Positions 30,346 to 38,428 are shown, counted from the first letter of the stretch. The stretch: DNA of 64,000 nt from Acidimicrobiia bacterium (GCA_041635475.1 JBFKVA010000004.1:2640-66639), one strand, 5' to 3'. Notes: generated from the letters alone by a model not told the origin. Numbers and translations are program-made.

Positions 30346-31667
30346 CGGGAGGCCAGGAACGCGTCGATCACCGAGCGGAGCGTGGGCTCGCCGGCCTCGG
30401 CGAACTCATACCGGGCCCGCACCACCGGGATGGCGACGTCGACGAGGGCATTCAGGTCGATGGGGGTCCCCGACACGACCACGTCGGCCCCGGAGGCGTT
30501 GATCGTCTCCTCCAGTGCCGCGATCTGCTCGGGGAAGTACCCGACGGCCGGCAACACCGGCCCCAGGTGGGGGTACGCGTCGTACGTCTCCTTGATGATT
30601 GGTGCCGCCGAGTCGCGGGGGTCGATGATCTCGTCGGCGCCCCCGGCGACGGCGGCCGCCAGGCCGGCTCCCGAGGACATGCCGCCGTGGGTGGTGGTCG
30701 GCCCGTCCTCGACGACGAGGACCCGGGCCCCGGCCACGAGAGCCGGGTCGTCGAGGGTGACCGGCGACGCCGCCCGCAGCACCGTGGCGTCGGGTGCCAA
30801 CTCGGTGACCCCGGCGAGGGCCCGGGCGATCTGGCCCGGCGTAGCCGCGTCGACCTTGTTGATGACCACGACGTCAGCCGAGCGCAGCACCATCTCCCCC
30901 GGATGGTGCGTCTCGAGATGGTCGGGGCGAAGGGCGTCGACGACGACGATCGAGAGATTCGGTGCGATGAACGGGAAGTCGTTGTTGCCGCCGTCCCACA
31001 CGATGACATCCGCCTCGGCCTCGGCGTCGGCCAGGATGGCCGCGTAGTCGACCCCGGCGAACACGACGTTGCCGAACGCGACGTGTGGCTCGTACTCCTC
31101 ACGCTCCTCGGCCGTGCACCCGGCGGCGAGGATGTCATCCATGCTCCCGAACCGCTGCACCCGCTCCAGCCTGAGCTCGCCGTACGGCATCGGATGGCGG
31201 AGTGCCGCGGCTCGAACGCCCGAACCCCGGAGGTAGCGCGAGATCCAGCGGGCGATCTGCGACTTGCCGCATCCGGTGCGCACCGCGGTGATGGCAATGA
31301 CCGGCTTCGACGACGGCAACTGGGTGCTGGCAGGGCCATGGAGCACGAAGTCCGCCCCTGCGGCCAGCGATCGGGAGGCGAGGTGCATGACGTGTTCGTG
31401 GGTGATGTCGGAATAGGCGAACGCCACTTCGTCGATCTCCTCCGAGGCGATGATCGCTTCCAGGTCGTCCTCGACATGGATGGCCACGCCGGTGGGATAG
31501 AGATCGCCGGCCAGTTCCGGTGGATACCGCCGCCCGGCGATCCGGGGTATCTGGGCCGCGGTGAACGCTCGGACGTCGTAGCGGGCATCGTCCCGGTAGA
31601 CGACGTTGAAGACGTGGAAGTCCCTTCCCGCCGCTCCGAGGATCGCCACCCGCCGTCGTTTCGTCAT
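30342..31667 (-). CDS. COG2403-like P-loop protein (predicted GTPase / cyclic 2,3-diphosphoglycerate synthetase-like family)
   Basis: VAILGAAGRDFHVFN, FTAAQIP, Walker A VRTGCGKS, RHPMPYG, EEREEYEP and WDGGNND. Family recalled from memory. 4-nt overlap (ATGA) with arcC. Confidence 0.6.
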   Translation of the reverse strand: MTKRRRVAILGAAGRDFHVFNVVYRDDARYDVRAFTAAQIPRIAGRRYPPELAGDLYPTGVAIHVEDDLEAIIASEEIDEVAFAYSDITHEHVMHLASRSLAAGADFVLHGPASTQLPSSKPVIAITAVRTGCGKSQIARWISRYLRGSGVRAAALRHPMPYGELRLERVQRFGSMDDILAAGCTAEEREEYEPHVAFGNVVFAGVDYAAILADAEAEADVIVWDGGNNDFPFIAPNLSIVVVDALRPDHLETHHPGEMVLRSADVVVINKVDAATPGQIARALAGVTELAPDATVLRAASPVTLDDPALVAGARVLVVEDGPTTTHGGMSSGAGLAAAVAGGADEIIDPRDSAAPIIKETYDAYPHLGPVLPAVGYFPEQIAALEETINASGADVVVSGTPIDLNALVDVAIPVVRARYEFAEAGEPTLRSVIDAFLASR

Positions 31668-31709
31668 CTCGCCACCTCCGGCGCCAAGCCTACGCGAGTA
31701 TGCACAGCG

Positions 31710-32507
31710 CTATGCAGGAACGCACTCCCGCACGAACTGGGCGATGTGGGTGGACACCGCCACCGGGTCCTCGATGAGCTGCTGGTGACCGGCGCCCTCC
31801 AGGACCTCGAGTCGAGCGCCCTGGATGCCCTCGGCGAGCGCCCGGGAAGCCCGGAGTTGGACCATTCGATCGCGCCGTCCGGCGATCACGAGCACCGGCT
31901 TGGTGATGGTGGCCATGGCGTCCACCCCACCGGCGTACGCGTGGCACGCAGCCAGGTCGGCGTGGAGCACGTCGAGTCCAACCGCCTCCTGCAGGGTCCA
32001 CGTCTCACCCATCAACCATCGCCCGGGGTCGGGGTGGCCACCCGCATGCGCCCCGTGGGACCAAGCCCGCATGAGGGACAAAACGTGGGTGGTCCCCTCG
32101 GCGGCAGACGCCAGCATCTCGGGATGGACGGGCATGGTGGCCGCCACCCCGATGAGTACCGCGCCGAGCGCAGTGTCGTATCGCGCCGCCGCCTCCAAGG
32201 CCACGAGGGCGCCCAGCGAGTGACCGGCAACGACCGCGCCCCGAGATCCCAGGCCGGTGATGACCGCACTCGTCCACGCCGCCAAATCCTCGACCGTCTC
32301 CAGGGCCGGGCCCTCGGATCGGAGGTGCCCGGGGAGATCGACGGCCGCCACCGACACGCCGTGGTGCGCCAGGTAGCGCGACTGGTAGCGCCACGCCGTG
32401 TGATCCGAGCCCGAGCCGTGGACGAGCACGACGGCGGGCTGGGCCGGTTCGAACGGCCGGCCCCCGGTGTGGACGTAGACCTTGGCCCCGTTGACAACGA
32501 TCTCCAT
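31710..32507 (-). CDS. alpha/beta hydrolase
   Basis: VVLVHGSGSDH and GHSLGA elbow. 4-nt gap after metY2. Confidence 0.8.
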   Translation of the reverse strand: MEIVVNGAKVYVHTGGRPFEPAQPAVVLVHGSGSDHTAWRYQSRYLAHHGVSVAAVDLPGHLRSEGPALETVEDLAAWTSAVITGLGSRGAVVAGHSLGALVALEAAARYDTALGAVLIGVAATMPVHPEMLASAAEGTTHVLSLMRAWSHGAHAGGHPDPGRWLMGETWTLQEAVGLDVLHADLAACHAYAGGVDAMATITKPVLVIAGRRDRMVQLRASRALAEGIQGARLEVLEGAGHQQLIEDPVAVSTHIAQFVRECVPA

Positions 32508-32511
32508 CACA

Positions 32512-33807
32512 TCACCGTTGCGAGGCGCGCAGGGCCTGGGCGAGGTCGCCGATGAGGTCGGCGGCATCCTCCAGTCCGACGGAGATCCGGATGAGGTCCT
32601 CCCCGACGCCGGCGGCCTCCAACTCGTCGGCGGACATCTGCTGGTGGGTGGTGGACGCCGGATGGATGATGAGGCTCTTGGCGTCCCCGACGTTGGCCAG
32701 GTGCGACCACAGGCGGACCGACTCGATGAGCCTCCTACCAACCGCCCGGCCCCCCTCCACCCCGAAGCTGAAGATCGCCCCCGCCCCCCTCGGCAGGAGC
32801 CAGTTCGCCACGTCGTGGTCGGGATGGGTGTCGAGCCCGGGGTGTGAGACCCAGGCAACCCCGTCGGCGGACTCGAGGAACCTGGCCACGGCGAGGGCGT
32901 TCGACACGTGCCGGTCCATCCGGACCGGCAGCGTCTCGAGTCCCTGGAGGAGGTAGAACGCGTTCTGGGGCGAGAGGGCGGCCCCGAAGTCCCGGAGGCC
33001 TTCGGCACGGGAGCGGGCGACGAAGGCGTCGGGGCCGTACTCCTCGCTGAAGTCGAGTCCGTGGTAGCCGGCGTACGGTTCGGTGAGCGTCGGGTACTTG
33101 GTGGCCCATCGCTCCCAGGGGAAGGCCCCACTGTCGACGACCACGCCGCCGATGGCGATGCCGTGCCCTCCGATGAACTTCGTGGCGGAGTGATAGACGA
33201 GGTCGGCGCCGTGCTCGAACGGACGAAAGAGGTAGGGCGTGGCGAACGTGTTGTCCACGAGGAGGGGGATCCCCGCGGCGCGGGCGACCCCGGCCACCGC
33301 CGGGATGTCGGTGACTTGGCCCCGGGGGTTGCCGAGTGTCTCGGTGAGGAAGAGGCGGGTATCGGGCGTGACGGCGGCCTCCCAGGCCCCGACGTCGTCG
33401 TGGTCGACCCACGTGGTCGTGATCCCGAACCGGGGCATGGTGTGGGTGAGCATGTTGACCGACCCCCCGTAGATGGCCCGGGAGGCGACGATGTGGCCTC
33501 CGCTACCCATGAGCGTCGCGACCACGAGGTGGAGCGCGGCTTGGCCGGACGCGGTGGCCACGGCCCCGACGCCTCCCTCGAGTGCGGCCATGCGCTCCTC
33601 GAAGACGGCAACGGTCGGGTTGGAGATCCGCGAGTAGATGTGGCCCGGACGTTCGAGGTTGAACAGCGAGGCTGCGTGCTCGGTGTCGTCAAAGAGGTAC
33701 GACGTCGTCTGGTAGATGGGCACGGCCCGCGACCCGAAGTCGGAGTCGGGGCGGTGTCCCGCATGGAGCGAGAGCGTGTCGAAGGAGAAGTCGTCTGGGC
33801 GTGCCAT
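32512..33807 (-). CDS. O-acetylhomoserine/O-acetylserine sulfhydrylase paralog
   Basis: [22 protein letters not shown] and SATKFIGGHG. ATG chosen by alignment with the metY N-terminus. No SD upstream. Confidence 0.85.
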   Translation of the reverse strand: MARPDDFSFDTLSLHAGHRPDSDFGSRAVPIYQTTSYLFDDTEHAASLFNLERPGHIYSRISNPTVAVFEERMAALEGGVGAVATASGQAALHLVVATLMGSGGHIVASRAIYGGSVNMLTHTMPRFGITTTWVDHDDVGAWEAAVTPDTRLFLTETLGNPRGQVTDIPAVAGVARAAGIPLLVDNTFATPYLFRPFEHGADLVYHSATKFIGGHGIAIGGVVVDSGAFPWERWATKYPTLTEPYAGYHGLDFSEEYGPDAFVARSRAEGLRDFGAALSPQNAFYLLQGLETLPVRMDRHVSNALAVARFLESADGVAWVSHPGLDTHPDHDVANWLLPRGAGAIFSFGVEGGRAVGRRLIESVRLWSHLANVGDAKSLIIHPASTTHQQMSADELEAAGVGEDLIRISVGLEDAADLIGDLAQALRASQR

Positions 33808-33912
33808 GGAGTCGCTGGTGGGTCGTGCCCCGTGAGTCTGGCACACCGACCGACGCGGGTGACCCCCGAGGGTCGGCCCGGGGGTCACCGAAGGTTCGAG
33901 GCCACGACGGCC

Positions 33913-34035
33913 TCACGGATTGGACTGGCCGGCATTGCGGCGGCGACGAACGCGTCGACTGCGTACCGCCGGATGGGCGATGGCAATCCGTTCGGCGCCC
34001 ACCGCGCGCGCGGCGCGCACATCGATGGGGTGCAT
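33913..34035 (-). CDS. candidate 40-aa basic small ORF
   Basis: AAGGAG 6 nt before the ATG. MHPIDVRAARAVGAERIAIAHPAVRSRRVRRRRNAGQSNP. Internal start of track ORF 33913..34125. Confidence 0.3.
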   Translation of the reverse strand: MHPIDVRAARAVGAERIAIAHPAVRSRRVRRRRNAGQSNP

Positions 34036-34096
34036 GAGGAACTCCTTGGTCGGTCTGGTGGGTGGGGCGATCGGGGGATCGCCCTGTCTCAGCCGG

Positions 34097-34138
34097 TCAG
34101 GAGGGCTGACCGGAGAGACCGGCAACGTCGATGGTCAT
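34097..34138 (-). CDS. candidate 13-aa mini-ORF
   Basis: AAAGGAG 7 nt before the ATG. MTIDVAGLSGQPS. Its 3' half lies inside the 34086-34119 hairpin. Confidence 0.2.
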   Translation of the reverse strand: MTIDVAGLSGQPS

Positions 34139-34223
34139 GCCCGATCTCCTTTCTCGGTCGGGGCGTGCCGCCCACCGTATCTCCTTCGGCCACGTCATGC
34201 CGGGCCTTTTCTTGGGCTGGTGC

Positions 34224-34964
34224 TCACCCCGGCAGGTTGGCGTGGATGGCGTCGCGGACGAACTGGGCCAGGCCGACCTGGCGGTCCTCGTAGTGCTTCG
34301 TGAACCGAGGGTCGCTCACGTAGCCGTCGGCGAGCATCGCGTGCATCTCGTGGGAGCACGGGTAGAACCACCGATCGATGTGGAGGCGAGCACGCTCTGC
34401 CAGTGCGATCGCTTCCGCCGACCGTGGGGAGGCCCCGGCCACCACGAGGGCCGCGAACGCAGCCTCGACGTCCTCGATCTCACCGCCGAGCCGCTGCCAG
34501 TCGTCCCTCTTGTAGGACGCCGTCCGCCGGCTCGATTCCTTGTAGGCGTCGGTCTCACCCCATCGCGCCTTCACCTCGTCTTCGTACTCGGCGGGATCGA
34601 AGCCCCCGAAGAGCTCTGCGTCGGTCATGTCGTCTCCTTCTTCGGCGTCCAAGGTTCGTTCAACCGTGTCGATGATCGTGTCCAGCCGCCTCCGTCGCCG
34701 CCGCAGTGCCAGCACATGGCGCCGGAGGGCGTCCCGGCGACCCGCGGCCCCGCCGTCGAGTGCCGTTCCGATGGCTCGGAGCGGGACTTCGAGTTCGCGC
34801 AGGACGAGGACTTGCTGCAGGCGCTCCAGGTCGGAGCGGTCATACATCCGATACCCGGCGTCGGTCCTTCGACTCGGGGACACCAGGCCGATCTCGTCGT
34901 AGTGGTGGAGGGTGCGGACGGTGACGCCGGACATACGGGACACCTCGCCCACCGAGTAGGTCAT
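34224..34964 (-). CDS. MerR family regulator with TipAS-like C-terminal domain
   Basis: MTYSVGEVSRMSGVTVRTLHHYDEIGL. C-terminal FDPAEYEDEVKARWGETDAYK resembles TipAS. Confidence 0.85.
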   Translation of the reverse strand: MTYSVGEVSRMSGVTVRTLHHYDEIGLVSPSRRTDAGYRMYDRSDLERLQQVLVLRELEVPLRAIGTALDGGAAGRRDALRRHVLALRRRRRRLDTIIDTVERTLDAEEGDDMTDAELFGGFDPAEYEDEVKARWGETDAYKESSRRTASYKRDDWQRLGGEIEDVEAAFAALVVAGASPRSAEAIALAERARLHIDRWFYPCSHEMHAMLADGYVSDPRFTKHYEDRQVGLAQFVRDAIHANLPG

Positions 34965-34970
34965 GTCCCC

Positions 34971-35001
34971 ACGGTACACCCTCACGATACGTGAGGGTCA
35001 A
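34971..35001 (-). promoter_or_regulatory. MerR-type promoter TTGACC-19 nt-TACCGT with dyad CCCTCAC-N5-GTGAGGG in the spacer
   Basis: Read directly. The -10 ends 6 nt before the MerR ATG, which implies a leaderless mRNA. Confidence 0.55.
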
Positions 35002-35066
35002 GAGCTGTTTCCCCCGCAACGACAGATCGGACGGAACGTGGGCGGCCACCGTTTAGGCTCCCGCCG

Positions 35067-36617
35067 ATGGTGTCACCCCTCGAACGGCCCGAGATCGCCC
35101 ACGCCATCATTGCTGCCAGCGGCGATGGGGCAGCCATCTCCTCCACGGATCTCCGGGTGACCTGGGCCAACGAGCGAGCCCACGAACTGCTCCGGGCCCG
35201 AGCGGGGTCGCTCGTGGGCCGGCACCTGTACTCCTTCCTCACCGCGGAGGATCTCTCGCGCCCGAAGGCAGACTGGCGCTCCTTCCACGACGGTGCCCTT
35301 CGCCATGTCCCCATGCAGGCCCGCAACGACCTCTTCTTGACCCGGGACGACACCACGCAGGCCAGTTTCGTCATCGGCGCATCCCGGCTCGCCGACGACA
35401 CCGTGCTCCTGCTGTTCAACGAGTTCGAGGGGCGTGCCGAGGTCGAGCAGAGGGCGGAAGGGCTGGCCCGGCGGTACCAAGACCTCTTCCAGAGCATCCC
35501 GGTGGCAGTCTGGGAGATCGACATGCGGGGCCTGGAAGGATGGCTGGCATCGCTCCCGTGCGAACCCCTCGAGACAGCCGCCTACCTCCAGGCGCACCCG
35601 AAACAGGTCGTCGATCATCTCGATCTCCTCGACGTCCGGGCGGTGAACAGGGCCGGCCTCGCCCAACTCGAGGCCCAATCGGCTGCCAGCGAGGACGTGT
35701 CAAAGGCGATGATGGGCGGCGCCCGCCTGGACACCCTCGGCGGGTTCGCGACCCAGTTCCAGGCCGTTCGGACCCGCACCCGGTCCATCGTGACCGAGGG
35801 CGTGGCCGGTACCGGTTCCGGCGGCCACTTCTTCACCGAGGTCCACCAGTTCATTCCGGACGGCCCCGACGGGCCCGACCTCAGCCGGGTCATCGTCACC
35901 CTCATCGACACCACGCGGGCCAAGGAGACCGAGGTCGCGCTGGGCACCGCCATCGAAGCTCGCGATCGGCTCATCACGTCCGTCGCCCACGAACTCAGAA
36001 CGCCGCTCACCGTCGTCACGGGCCTCCTGCAACTCCTCCGGGAATCGCCCGGGCGTCTCGAGGAGTCGGACATCCTCCGCCTCGTGGAGACGGCCACCTC
36101 AGAGGCCGAGGATCTCAATCACCTCATCGATGACCTTCTCACCTACTCCCGCATCGACACGAGCGACTGGCGGATCTCACCAAGACCGACGGACCTCCGA
36201 CCACTCATCGAACAGACCACGGTTCGGGGTGAGGACGGCCAGCGCCTCGCCCTCGACATCAACGGTGAGGCGGACTGCTTCGCCGACCCCCGGCGGGTTC
36301 GACAGATCGTCCGCAACCTCGCCACCAACTCGGTCCGCTACGGCGGTCCCACGGTCCGGGTGGACTTGTGGTGTGACGAGAGCGCCCACGTCGAATGGCG
36401 GGACAACGGTGCCGCCACCGCCGACATGGAGCGTATCTTCGAGCCATTCCACCAGGCCCACTCCCGGCCCTCCCAGCCATCCTCACTCGGTCTCGGCCTC
36501 ACCATTTCGAGGGGGCTGGCGGACGCCATGGGGGGCAGCCTCGCGCATCGCCGCGAGAACGGCTGGACGGTCTTCGAACTCATCCTTCCTCGAGGGTCGG
36601 CACCGCCGCCGGGGTGA
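35067..36617 (+). CDS. cytoplasmic PAS-domain sensor histidine kinase
   Basis: Two PAS-like segments. H-box VAHELRTPL. HATPase N/G boxes (NLATNSVRYG, GLGLTISRGL). Confidence 0.85.
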   Translation: MVSPLERPEIAHAIIAASGDGAAISSTDLRVTWANERAHELLRARAGSLVGRHLYSFLTAEDLSRPKADWRSFHDGALRHVPMQARNDLFLTRDDTTQASFVIGASRLADDTVLLLFNEFEGRAEVEQRAEGLARRYQDLFQSIPVAVWEIDMRGLEGWLASLPCEPLETAAYLQAHPKQVVDHLDLLDVRAVNRAGLAQLEAQSAASEDVSKAMMGGARLDTLGGFATQFQAVRTRTRSIVTEGVAGTGSGGHFFTEVHQFIPDGPDGPDLSRVIVTLIDTTRAKETEVALGTAIEARDRLITSVAHELRTPLTVVTGLLQLLRESPGRLEESDILRLVETATSEAEDLNHLIDDLLTYSRIDTSDWRISPRPTDLRPLIEQTTVRGEDGQRLALDINGEADCFADPRRVRQIVRNLATNSVRYGGPTVRVDLWCDESAHVEWRDNGAATADMERIFEPFHQAHSRPSQPSSLGLGLTISRGLADAMGGSLAHRRENGWTVFELILPRGSAPPPG

Positions 36618-37821
36618 CCGGCACCCCCCGGAACATGACGACCGCCACCAGCGCGGAGAACACGACGAGGACCCCGCCGGCGAAGAACACGGAGCGCACG
36701 CCCACCAGCGCGGCCAGGCCACCGGCGATCGCCATCGAGAGAACGCTCGACCCCGTGAGTGCGGCGTTGAGGGCGGCGCCCGTCCGACCCAGGAGCGCGG
36801 GTGGGGTCTCCGTCTGGATGATCGTGGCGAACGACGCCTGCATCGGGGTCACGAACCATCCGACGAGGAAGAGCAAGGCGGCCAATTCCCACACCTGGGT
36901 CACGCCCGAGAACAGCGTGATCGCCACCCCGATGGCGCCGAGGGAAACGGGGATGAGGGTGGTGGGCTTGAGACGGGCCGCGATGACGGCCGTGAGCGTC
37001 CCGGCGATGACCATGGAGGACGACTGAGCCGCCTCCAGGAGGCCGAACCACGTTTCCCTGAGCGCCAGGTCGCCGACCACGAACGGCACGAGGAGCGCGT
37101 TGACCGCACCCACTCCCAGCATCGTGATGGCGGCTGCCACGAGCATGCCGAGGAGGAGCCGCGAGCCGCGGAGCACCCGCAATCCCGCCATCAGCTCCCG
37201 CCACACCGACGGGGCCTCGGCGTCGGTCGCTGCCGGGACGGCACCCGACGTCGTCAACCTGGCCACGAGCAGGGCCGAGACCAGAAACGTGACGGCGTCC
37301 ACGCTGAAGGCCACCGCGAACCCATCGAAGATGCCGACGATGAAGCCGGCCGCGGCGGTTCCGAGGACGCCGAAGAGCACCCGCGAGGATTCGCCGAGCG
37401 AGTTGGCGGCCAGCAGTTTGTCCATGCCGACCACCTGGGGGACGATTGCACCCTTGGCCGGCATGAAGAACGTGCCCACCGAGGCCAGCAGGAACGCGAT
37501 GATGTACAGGATCCACACTTGGTCGGGGCTCCGCACGAACAGGAAGAGCGGGGCGAGGAAGGCCCGGACGACGTCGCTCCAGATCATGACCTTCTTGCGG
37601 TCGAGGCGATCGACCCACACCCCGGCTCCCAGGCCCACGAGCAGCATCGGCAGCGCCATGGCGATCATGACGCCGGCCACGCTGGCGGCGTCGCCGGTGA
37701 GCCGCTGCACCAGGAACAGCAGGCTGAAGATCGCGAGGCTGTCACCGAAGTTGGATACCACCTGGGCGATCCACAGCCGCCGGAAGTCGGGGATCCCCAG
37801 GAGCTGCCGAATCTCACTCAC
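36580..37821 (-). CDS. MFS transporter (EntS/DUF894-like)
   Basis: FRRLWIAQVVSNFGDSL start region and 12 TM helices. GTG start overlaps the ArsR stop (GTGA). Confidence 0.8.
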   Translation of the reverse strand: MSEIRQLLGIPDFRRLWIAQVVSNFGDSLAIFSLLFLVQRLTGDAASVAGVMIAMALPMLLVGLGAGVWVDRLDRKKVMIWSDVVRAFLAPLFLFVRSPDQVWILYIIAFLLASVGTFFMPAKGAIVPQVVGMDKLLAANSLGESSRVLFGVLGTAAAGFIVGIFDGFAVAFSVDAVTFLVSALLVARLTTSGAVPAATDAEAPSVWRELMAGLRVLRGSRLLLGMLVAAAITMLGVGAVNALLVPFVVGDLALRETWFGLLEAAQSSSMVIAGTLTAVIAARLKPTTLIPVSLGAIGVAITLFSGVTQVWELAALLFLVGWFVTPMQASFATIIQTETPPALLGRTGAALNAALTGSSVLSMAIAGGLAALVGVRSVFFAGGVLVVFSALVAVVMFRGVPVTPAAVPTLEEG

Positions 37822-38402
37822 GGGCGGTCCCCGCGCACGTGGACGGCCTGGAAGAACGAGACCTCGATGTCGCCTTCCTCCTTCCCGAACTCCTCCTGGA
37901 GTGCCTCGACCGCCCGCACCAGGGCATCGAGGCGCTCCCGGGAGAGGCGCATCGTCGCCAGCCCTATCGCGGCCGAACGCCGTGGGTGGTCCTTCTCCAG
38001 CGAGAGGCGACCCTCCCTCGCCGCCGTCGCGAAGCGGGACTCGGCGTGCCGGAAGGCCAGGGTCGCCACCTCGGCGAGCCCCGCGCCCCCGTACCGTTCG
38101 AGGAAGGCCGCGCTCGGGCGGATGGAGGAGCCCGCCACCTGGTACACGCGCTCGACCAGGGCACCCCTCGGGCGTTCCTCGACGACCCGGATGATCCCAT
38201 GGGACGTGAGTGTGTTGAGGTGGTAGTAGAGCCGGGTCACCGGCACCCCCAACTCCCCGGCCAACTCCTTGGCGCTCCGGGGGGTGTCGAGGGCCTCCAC
38301 GAGTTCCAGGCGCCGGGGTGACAGCAGCGCATTGAACTGCTCGAGGGTGTCGAGTTCGAGCGCCTCCGGGATGGGGTGAGGTGACATGCGATCCGACATC
38401 AT
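37818..38402 (-). CDS. ArsR-type winged helix-turn-helix regulator
   Basis: RRLELVEALDTPRSAKELAGELGVPVTRLYYHLNTLTSHGII. Confidence 0.75.
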   Translation of the reverse strand: MMSDRMSPHPIPEALELDTLEQFNALLSPRRLELVEALDTPRSAKELAGELGVPVTRLYYHLNTLTSHGIIRVVEERPRGALVERVYQVAGSSIRPSAAFLERYGGAGLAEVATLAFRHAESRFATAAREGRLSLEKDHPRRSAAIGLATMRLSRERLDALVRAVEALQEEFGKEEGDIEVSFFQAVHVRGDRP

Positions 38403-38414
38403 ACATTCAGGTCC

Positions 38415-38428
38415 CTTGAATATTCAAG
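38415..38428. promoter_or_regulatory. perfect 14-bp palindrome CTTGAATATTCAAG in the arsR/clpB divergent region
   Basis: Read directly. Lies 13 nt upstream of the arsR start. Overlaps the -35 of a candidate clpB promoter TTGAAT-17 nt-GACAAT (38416-38444). Confidence 0.5.

Larger units (their letters stand above)
33808..34223 (-). promoter_or_regulatory. 416-nt structured leader/intergenic region upstream of metY2
   Basis: Hairpins at 34086-34119 (13 bp in two segments), 34065-34084 (8 bp), 33898-33914 (6 bp) and 33858-33889 (11 bp). Also contains two SD-preceded mini-ORFs. Confidence 0.45.

Noticed and set aside
33893-33914. GGTTCGAGGCC string resembling a tRNA T-arm
   Set aside because: Flanking bases do not form a T-stem, and no acceptor or anticodon arms can be drawn. 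It is part of the leader hairpins.
33913-34125. 70-aa version of the small ORF upstream of metY2
   Set aside because: The first 30 codons are Pro-rich, run through two strong hairpins and lack an SD. The internal ATG at 34035 has AAGGAG at ideal spacing, so only the 40-aa version is reported, at low confidence.
38415-38428. Calling the palindrome a canonical HspR HAIR site
   Set aside because: HAIR is CTTGAGT-N7-ACTCAAG. Here the arms abut with no spacer and read TTGAAT, so it is reported only as an unassigned operator candidate.
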